Shown here: in pieces, positions 58,146 to 64,000 of the stretch
Layout: every line of letters begins with the position of its first letter
Position numbering within the stretch: the stretch's first letter is position 1
Assembly (NCBI GenBank): GCA_900541045.1
Contig: UQID01000011.1
Location: forward strand, 2,053-66,052
Origin: an uncultured Collinsella sp.
Lineage (GTDB): Bacteria > Actinomycetota > Coriobacteriia > Coriobacteriales > Coriobacteriaceae
Reading direction: 5' to 3'
DNA: 64,000 nt
Notes under the pieces: model-generated
Databases searched by the model: none
What the model saw: the letters and a program-made list of their open reading frames with translations, nothing else
What the model was told of the DNA's origin: nothing
Position numbers and translations under genes: made by a program

Positions 58146-58187
58146 GAGAATAATTTCTCATTATCATTATTCGCGCGGAAGTATAAT
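58146..58187 (+). promoter_or_regulatory. Fur-family-like operator upstream of a TATAAT -10 for modABC
   Basis: GAGAATAATTTCTCATTATCATTATT (reverse strand AATAATGATAATGAGAAAT, GATAAT-type hexamers); TATAAT at 58182. Confidence 0.5.
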
Positions 58188-58247
58188 CTAGTAACAGAAT
58201 AAAGCCTGCGGCGGGGTGCCCGGGCATAGCGTTCGAAAGGGTTGAAT

Positions 58248-59123
58248 ATGTTCGATATGGTTTCACGCCGCGGTTTTGTCTCGCTTTCTGCTGCCGCTGC
58301 CGCCGGCCTTGGCCTTGCCGGCTGCTCGGGCAACAAGACGTCCGAGCCCGCTGGTTCCGATGCCGGCTCCGTCAAGTCTTCCTCTAAGAAGAAGGCTGTC
58401 GAGCTGCAGGTCTTTGCCGCCAACTCGCTCGAGAAGGCCCTGCCCGAGGTTCAGGAGTTCTACACCGAGCAGACCGGCACCACGTTTGCCGACACGCAGT
58501 TTAAGGCGTCTGGCGACCTCGTCGAGCAGATGCGCGCCGGTGCCACGGCCGACGTGCTCATCACCGCTTCCAAGGGCACCATGGATGACGCTGAGACCGC
58601 CGAGCTCGTCGACGCCGGCACCCGTGAGGACATGTTCGTCAACGACCTCGTGATCATTCGCGCTGAGGGCTCCGACACCAAGGTCGAGGCCATCGCCGAC
58701 GTCGCGAATCTGGACGGCAAGATTGCCATCGGCGACGCCAAGACCGTTCCCGCCGGAAAGTACGCCAACCAGGCTCTGGCCTCCGTGGGCCTCTACACTG
58801 GCACCGAGGGCGACGACGGCGAGTATACTCCCGAGATCGCCGACAAGGTCGCGCTGGCCGATAAAGTGGGCACCGCAGCTGCCTATGTGTCCACAGGCGA
58901 CTGCGTGGCCGGTTTTGTCTACAGCTCCGACATCTTCCGCTACGACGGCATCGAGGAGGCCTTTGTGTGCCCCGAGGATTCGCACAAGCCCATTGTGTAT
59001 CCGGGCGCTGTTGCCGAGAGCTCCGAACATGCCGACGAAGCCAAGGCGTTCATCGATTTCTGCCTGACCAACAAGAAGGCTCAGAAGATTTGGGCTAAGT
59101 ACGGCTTTGAGCTTTCCGCGTAG
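58248..59123 (+). CDS. modA: Molybdate ABC transporter substrate-binding lipoprotein (Tat signal)
   Basis: SRRGFV plus LAGC signal; FAANSL, ASGDL, VPAGKYA, VYSSD, PIVYP. Confidence 0.92.
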   Translation: MFDMVSRRGFVSLSAAAAAGLGLAGCSGNKTSEPAGSDAGSVKSSSKKKAVELQVFAANSLEKALPEVQEFYTEQTGTTFADTQFKASGDLVEQMRAGATADVLITASKGTMDDAETAELVDAGTREDMFVNDLVIIRAEGSDTKVEAIADVANLDGKIAIGDAKTVPAGKYANQALASVGLYTGTEGDDGEYTPEIADKVALADKVGTAAAYVSTGDCVAGFVYSSDIFRYDGIEEAFVCPEDSHKPIVYPGAVAESSEHADEAKAFIDFCLTNKKAQKIWAKYGFELSA

Positions 59124-59191
59124 TGCGGCTTGGCGCGATAATTCCATCGTTTTGTGTTTCACTCCGTCCTTGTATTCGCTTGGAGCTTTTC

Positions 59192-60634
59192 GTGCTTAAT
59201 AGATTCCGCATGCTTGTCGCCTGTGCTTTGACCTTCGCACTTTGCTGGGTGCCGGGATTTGCGTTTGCTGGGGACGCTGAGGACGGGGCCCAGGCTGCTG
59301 CGACCGCTCATGGGCTTTCCTATGGGATCGAGGGTTTTGAGCGGTTGGCCAAGGGGACCGCTCGTGCCATGGAGGGCCAGCCTGAGGGCTACCGGTTTCC
59401 CGTTGACGAGGACGTGGACCTTGTAGTGGCGCCTGCTGCCGATCGCGTTGTGGTGTGGATATCGCCCAAGGCGGTCGAGAAGTATGGCTTGGATCCGCAG
59501 GACAACGAGTGCGTATCGGGTCTCAAGGCCCTCGTCTGTGAGCTCGACAGCGCAAACTGCATGGGAGGTGCGCAGCTGGAGGACGTGGATCTTCCTTGGT
59601 ATGTTACGGCGGAAACAACGTTTGATGCCGGCGGGTATACCTATGGCTTTGACGAGCGCGGTGCGGTTGGGGACCGCTATGTGGTGATTGCATCAGCCTC
59701 GGGTGATGCCAAGGGCGGCGCGCGTTGGCTTGATAGCGCTCAAATGGTAGAGGCGTCGTCTGTCGTGTTGCGGGATGAGCGGGGGCCCTTGACCTCTCTG
59801 GCCTCCTTTTTGGGCGACATCGACTATCGCCCGTTTTGGGTGTCCATAAAAACGAGCGGCCTTGCCCTGCTGATCTCCTTTGCGCTGGGCCTGTTTGCCG
59901 CGTGGAAGACCATGGGTACCTCGAGTCGCATCAAGGGCCTGCTCGACTCGGTCTTTACCATCCCTATGGTGTTGCCGCCTACGGTGTGCGGCTTTCTGCT
60001 CCTCATGCTGTTTGGCCGCTCGACCGGGGTGGGCCAGTGGCTCATCGCGCACGGTATCTCGATCGTCTTTACCTGGCCCGCGGCGGTGATCTCTGCCGTG
60101 GTGGTGTCGTTTCCCCTGGTCTACCGCACGGCGCTCGGTGCCTTTGAGAGCCTCGACATGCAGATGCTCGACGCCGCGCGAACTCTGGGATGGTCCGAGC
60201 GTCGCATCTTTACCAAGCTTATGATGCCGCTTGGCTGGCCCTCGATTGCCGCCGGCACGGTGCTCGCCTTTGCCCGCGCGATGGGCGAGTTCGGCTGCAC
60301 CCTGTTCTTTGCGGGCAACTACGCCGGCATTACGCAGACCATTCCGATTGCGATTTACTTTGAGTGGATGGGCGGTAACACGTCGGTGGCGCTCTTTTGG
60401 GTCATCGTCGTAATTGTGTTCAGTTTTCTGGTCATTCTGTTCATCAACATGTACACCGCGCATTCGCAAAAGTATCGCGAGCGGGGCCTTTCCCGTGCGG
60501 AACGCAAACAGGCCAAAGATCTCGCCGGACAGGGCGATTCGCTCGACCCGGCGGGCGGCGATGCCTTGCGTATCGATCGCGAGGCGCTGGCCGAGCTCAT
60601 GCGCGATGATACGGTGCCGCAGGGAGGTCGATAG
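59192..60634 (+). CDS. modB: Molybdate ABC permease with a ~210-aa N-terminal extension
   Basis: PMVLPPTVCGFLLL, SFPLVYR, AARTLG, FARAMGEFG, TQTIPIAIY. The core begins near 59822; GTG start 59192 after TGGAG (start uncertain). Confidence 0.88.
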   Translation: MLNRFRMLVACALTFALCWVPGFAFAGDAEDGAQAAATAHGLSYGIEGFERLAKGTARAMEGQPEGYRFPVDEDVDLVVAPAADRVVVWISPKAVEKYGLDPQDNECVSGLKALVCELDSANCMGGAQLEDVDLPWYVTAETTFDAGGYTYGFDERGAVGDRYVVIASASGDAKGGARWLDSAQMVEASSVVLRDERGPLTSLASFLGDIDYRPFWVSIKTSGLALLISFALGLFAAWKTMGTSSRIKGLLDSVFTIPMVLPPTVCGFLLLMLFGRSTGVGQWLIAHGISIVFTWPAAVISAVVVSFPLVYRTALGAFESLDMQMLDAARTLGWSERRIFTKLMMPLGWPSIAAGTVLAFARAMGEFGCTLFFAGNYAGITQTIPIAIYFEWMGGNTSVALFWVIVVIVFSFLVILFINMYTAHSQKYRERGLSRAERKQAKDLAGQGDSLDPAGGDALRIDREALAELMRDDTVPQGGR

Positions 60635-60637
60635 GCC

Positions 60638-61708
60638 ATGTCGCTCGTTTTGGATATCAAAAAGCGCTATCCCGGGTTTATGCTCGACATGCAGCTTGAG
60701 GCCGGCGAGGATCGTGTGGCGCTGCTCGGTGCCTCGGGTTGCGGCAAGAGCTGCACGCTGCGCTGCATTGCCGGTGTGGAGACGCCCGACGAGGGCAAGA
60801 TCGTCGTCAACGGCGTGACCTTTTTTGACTCGGCGGCGGGCATCAACCTGTCGCCTCAGGAGCGCAAATGCGCTCTGCTGTTCCAAAATTATCAGTTGTT
60901 TCCCAACATGACGGTGGCCGATAACGTATGCGCCGGTGTAAAGGATGCGGGCGACGCCACGGCGCGTAAAAAGCTTGCCGAGCGCTACCTGGGCATTTTT
61001 GGCCTGGCCGACTTTGCCGACCGCTATCCCGCGCGCCTCTCTGGCGGCCAGCAGCAGCGTGTGGCGCTTGCCCGCATGGTAGCGGCGCATCCGGGCATCT
61101 TTATGTTCGACGAGCCCATGAGCGCGCTCGATTCCTATCTTAAGAGCGCGCTCGAACAGAACATGCTCGACCTGTTCGAAGTATGCAACCGCACCGTGCT
61201 CTACGTGAGCCACGACATCGACGAAGCGTGCCGCTTGTGCCAACGTATCTGCGTGATGCACGACGGGCATGTTGAGGAGGTCGGCTCCATCGAGGACGTG
61301 GTCCGCCGCCCACAGACGCTGGCGGCGCTGCGCCTAACTGGCTGCAAGAACACAAGCCGTGCGCGCAAAATCGGCGACGAAGAAGTTGAGGCCCTCGACT
61401 GGGGCATGACCTTTAACGTGGGCCGCGAGGTCCCCGATAATGTGGCGTACCTGGGCGTTCGCGCAAGCTATTTCCATATTGATAATCGCGTTGAGCGGGG
61501 CCGTAACAGCTACGATTTGCATGTGGCCCGTGTGAGCGATTCGCGCTTTGAGCGGCTGGTGCTGCTGGACGTGCCGCGCGCTGATGCGCCCACGCGTCTG
61601 CAGTGGAAGGTCAACAAGGTGGGCGTGCCTGTCGACGAGCTACCGCAAGCAGGCGAGACGCTGCGCATGCACTTCGATGCCAGCAGGATCCATTTGGTTT
61701 GTCGATAG
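60638..61708 (+). CDS. modC: Molybdate ABC transporter ATPase
   Basis: [46 protein letters not shown]. Confidence 0.9.
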   Translation: MSLVLDIKKRYPGFMLDMQLEAGEDRVALLGASGCGKSCTLRCIAGVETPDEGKIVVNGVTFFDSAAGINLSPQERKCALLFQNYQLFPNMTVADNVCAGVKDAGDATARKKLAERYLGIFGLADFADRYPARLSGGQQQRVALARMVAAHPGIFMFDEPMSALDSYLKSALEQNMLDLFEVCNRTVLYVSHDIDEACRLCQRICVMHDGHVEEVGSIEDVVRRPQTLAALRLTGCKNTSRARKIGDEEVEALDWGMTFNVGREVPDNVAYLGVRASYFHIDNRVERGRNSYDLHVARVSDSRFERLVLLDVPRADAPTRLQWKVNKVGVPVDELPQAGETLRMHFDASRIHLVCR

Positions 61709-62138
61709 CGCCGGGTAATGCCGTCGGGGATATAAGCCTCGGCGGCTTTGTTTTTGCCGTTCGCCGAATGAGAGATGACAAACTCTTATCAATCAAGAGA
61801 ATTGTTTATTAAACGACGGCACACGATGCTGTCGTACGAATGTCAACGGTGTTCGCATGGTCGATGACCGTTGATATAGTTGATCTTATCTTGTAAAGGA
61901 GGGTGCGCACATGCCGCAGACGACATACATTCGCCGCGTTGCCGCGCGCGCCCTGTATATGGCTCGGAGTCGCATATGAGCAGGTATGTTCACGGCTCCG
62001 GGAGAGACGACGCACAACTAAATAATCGACCGCAAAGCAGATTCCCCAAAATTCCGGGTTTGAGCACGGCTGGGTTTTCGCCACCCACCGTGCAGCAATA
62101 CCGTAGCTATTCATTTTTGGTTCGAGAGGGGAACCGTC

Positions 62139-63422
62139 ATGGCTGAAGAATTCGATTTCCATCCGATGTGGGAGAGCCTCGGCATGAATCTTGCCGACCA
62201 CGACATGCTGCTGGGCGCCGTGGGCCAGATGTACGGCGATATGTTCCTGACGCAGAACAATCGCCCCAAGTCCACGTCCTACCTGGATTTTGTCGCCACC
62301 AACATCCACAGCGGCCGTATTAAGGAGATGCTCGACAAGAAGGAGGCTGGCGAGGCCACCAAGATTGTTGGCAGCTTCTGCGTCTACGTGCCCGAGGAGA
62401 TCGTGCTCGCCTGCGACGGTATCCCTGTGGGTCTGTGCTCGGGTGCCGACTGGGCAACCGACAAAGTCGAGGAGCACTTGCCGCGCAACACCTGTCCGCT
62501 CATCAAGAGCTTTGCCGGCTTTAAGCTGGGTGAGGTCTGCCCTTACATCGAGTCGAGCGACCTGGTGGTGGGCGAGAACACCTGCGATGGCAAGAAGAAG
62601 GCCTACGAGTTCTTTGCCACGCAAAAGAACATGTACGTCATGGATATTCCCAACGTGCACGACGAGTCGACGCTCGTGACCTGGAAGGCCGAGGTCAAGA
62701 AGCTCGCCGCCAAGATTGAGGAGGAGTGTGGCGTCACGATTACGCCTGAGCGTCTGAAGACCGCCATCCACAGCGTCAATGAGAAGCGTCGCGCCCTGCA
62801 GCGCCTCGCTGCCACGCGCGCTGCCGACCCGGCGCCCATCAGCGGTCTCGACAGCCTGCTGACCGTTCAGGCCGCCTTTATGGATGACACGCCGCGCCTG
62901 ACCGGCGCCATCAACGAGATGGCCGCCGAGTGCGAGCAGCGCGTTGAGGCCGGCGAGGGTGTGGCGCCCAAGGGCACCAAGCGCATCCTGTACACCGGTA
63001 CGCCCATGGCCGTGCCCAACTGGAAACTGTTCAACCTTATCGAGAAGGCGGGCGGCGTCGTGGTGGGCGAGGAGTCCTGCACGGGTTCGCGCTACTACAA
63101 GGACCTGGTCGACGAGTCCGGCAAGACGGTCGACGAGATGCTCGACGCCATCGCCGAGCGTTACTTTAAGATCAACTGCGCCGTCTTTACGCCCAACGAC
63201 CAGCGTATGAAGGACATTGTCCAGATGGCCAAGGACCTGCATGCTGACGGCATCGTCGACGTGGCCCTGCAGTTCTGCACGCTCTACGAGATGGAGTCGT
63301 TTGCCGTGGAGAAGGCCGCCGAGGAGGCGGGCATTCCGTTTATGCATATCACGACCGACTACGCCGGCGAGGACGCCGGTCAGCTCCAGACCCGCATCGA
63401 GGCCTTCCTCGAGACGATTTAG
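62139..63422 (+). CDS. Double-cubane-cluster anaerobic reductase (DCCP)-like protein, 2-hydroxyacyl-CoA dehydratase superfamily
   Basis: FCVYVPEE, GLC, LPRNTCPLIKS, CPY, ENTCDGKKK, EESCTG, INCAVF, QFC cysteine motifs. Confidence 0.85.
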   Translation: MAEEFDFHPMWESLGMNLADHDMLLGAVGQMYGDMFLTQNNRPKSTSYLDFVATNIHSGRIKEMLDKKEAGEATKIVGSFCVYVPEEIVLACDGIPVGLCSGADWATDKVEEHLPRNTCPLIKSFAGFKLGEVCPYIESSDLVVGENTCDGKKKAYEFFATQKNMYVMDIPNVHDESTLVTWKAEVKKLAAKIEEECGVTITPERLKTAIHSVNEKRRALQRLAATRAADPAPISGLDSLLTVQAAFMDDTPRLTGAINEMAAECEQRVEAGEGVAPKGTKRILYTGTPMAVPNWKLFNLIEKAGGVVVGEESCTGSRYYKDLVDESGKTVDEMLDAIAERYFKINCAVFTPNDQRMKDIVQMAKDLHADGIVDVALQFCTLYEMESFAVEKAAEEAGIPFMHITTDYAGEDAGQLQTRIEAFLETI

Positions 63423-63606
63423 CCGCACCTGCGCTAAGCTGTGCCGCCGGGTGTTCCTATCCGCGCGATAGGGATTTCTCTGTTGCCATGCCGGCCGGTG
63501 TCCGGATGCACCGCAGGGCGCCGACCGGCTTCGTATAGCTGCCGGGGCGGGGATTTCCGCCGTCCCGGCAGATTCTGTCCGTTTGTTCAGACACGAAAGG
63601 AACTCA

Positions 63607-64000
63607 ATGAACAACGACCTTTTCAAGGCGGGCGTTTCCCGTCGCGGTTTTCTGACCGGCTCCGCTGCCCTGTGCGCCATGGCGGGCCTCGGCCTCGCCG
63701 GCTGCGGCGGTTCGGGCGCCGAGAGCGGTAGCGCCGCTGCCTCCGGCCAGGATGTGGAGTATCGCGACGAGCTGCAGATCGCGCTCCCGGCGAGCCCGGA
63801 CGGTCTCGATCCGCACACCACGTCGTCGCTTGTGACCATGGACATCATCTGCAACGTCGTCGAGCCGCTCTTTGGCCTCGATAGCGACTACGAGCCCCAG
63901 CCCGTGCTGGCCAAGGGCTATGAGGTCTCCGATGACGGCCTGACCTACACCATCAAGCTGCGCGAGGGCGTCACCTTCCACAACGGCAAGGAGTTTGGCT
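63607..64000 (+). CDS. Family 5 (peptide/nickel-type) ABC substrate-binding lipoprotein with Tat signal; 3'-truncated by the window edge
   Basis: Not in the ORF track. ATG 63607 after GAAAGGA gives MNNDLFKAGVSRRGFL...LAGC...LDP...EPLF...LAKGYEVSDDGLTYTIKLREGVTFHNG. Confidence 0.9.
   Translation, partial: MNNDLFKAGVSRRGFLTGSAALCAMAGLGLAGCGGSGAESGSAAASGQDVEYRDELQIALPASPDGLDPHTTSSLVTMDIICNVVEPLFGLDSDYEPQPVLAKGYEVSDDGLTYTIKLREGVTFHNGKEFG

Overview
GC-rich bacterial chromosomal window with an actinobacterial-type division cluster (no ftsA; sepF/yggT/divIVA present). Gene content and style suggest a gut Coriobacteriia member such as Collinsella (inference only). Positions 1-21.6 kb are a division/cell-wall (dcw) cluster: ftsI(partial)-murF-mraY-murD-ftsW-murG-murC-murB-ftsQ-ftsZ-pgeF-[pstSCAB-phoU]-yggS-sepF-yggT-divIVA, with the phosphate-uptake operon embedded inside it. 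The rest is mostly housekeeping and metabolism: nitroreductase, Pit plus DUF47, a putative SOS-regulated small gene, BI-1/YccA, a PARG-like protein, SGNH hydrolase, thiD, thiC with a TPP riboswitch, yaaA, M18 aminopeptidase, polA, HAD hydrolases, argG/argH, ndk, rpiB, a cysteine desulfidase-like gene, rpsA, RNase P RNA, yigZ, metY, MFS, xpt, arfB-like, DAG kinase, a CLC-F-type exporter, moeA/moaB, modABC, a double-cubane-cluster reductase and a partial ABC substrate-binding protein. I saw no transposase, prophage, tRNA, rRNA or CRISPR-cas. The most unexplained signals are non-coding. These are a 40-bp-periodic, alternating-orientation repeat array (28447-28662), a two-copy structured element with compensatory base changes (44897-45007 and 47988-48100), further REP-like palindromes, and a polar, strand-specific codon skew (C-to-T-like) in genes abutting several of these elements. 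All assignments come from reading motifs by eye; no database searches were run.
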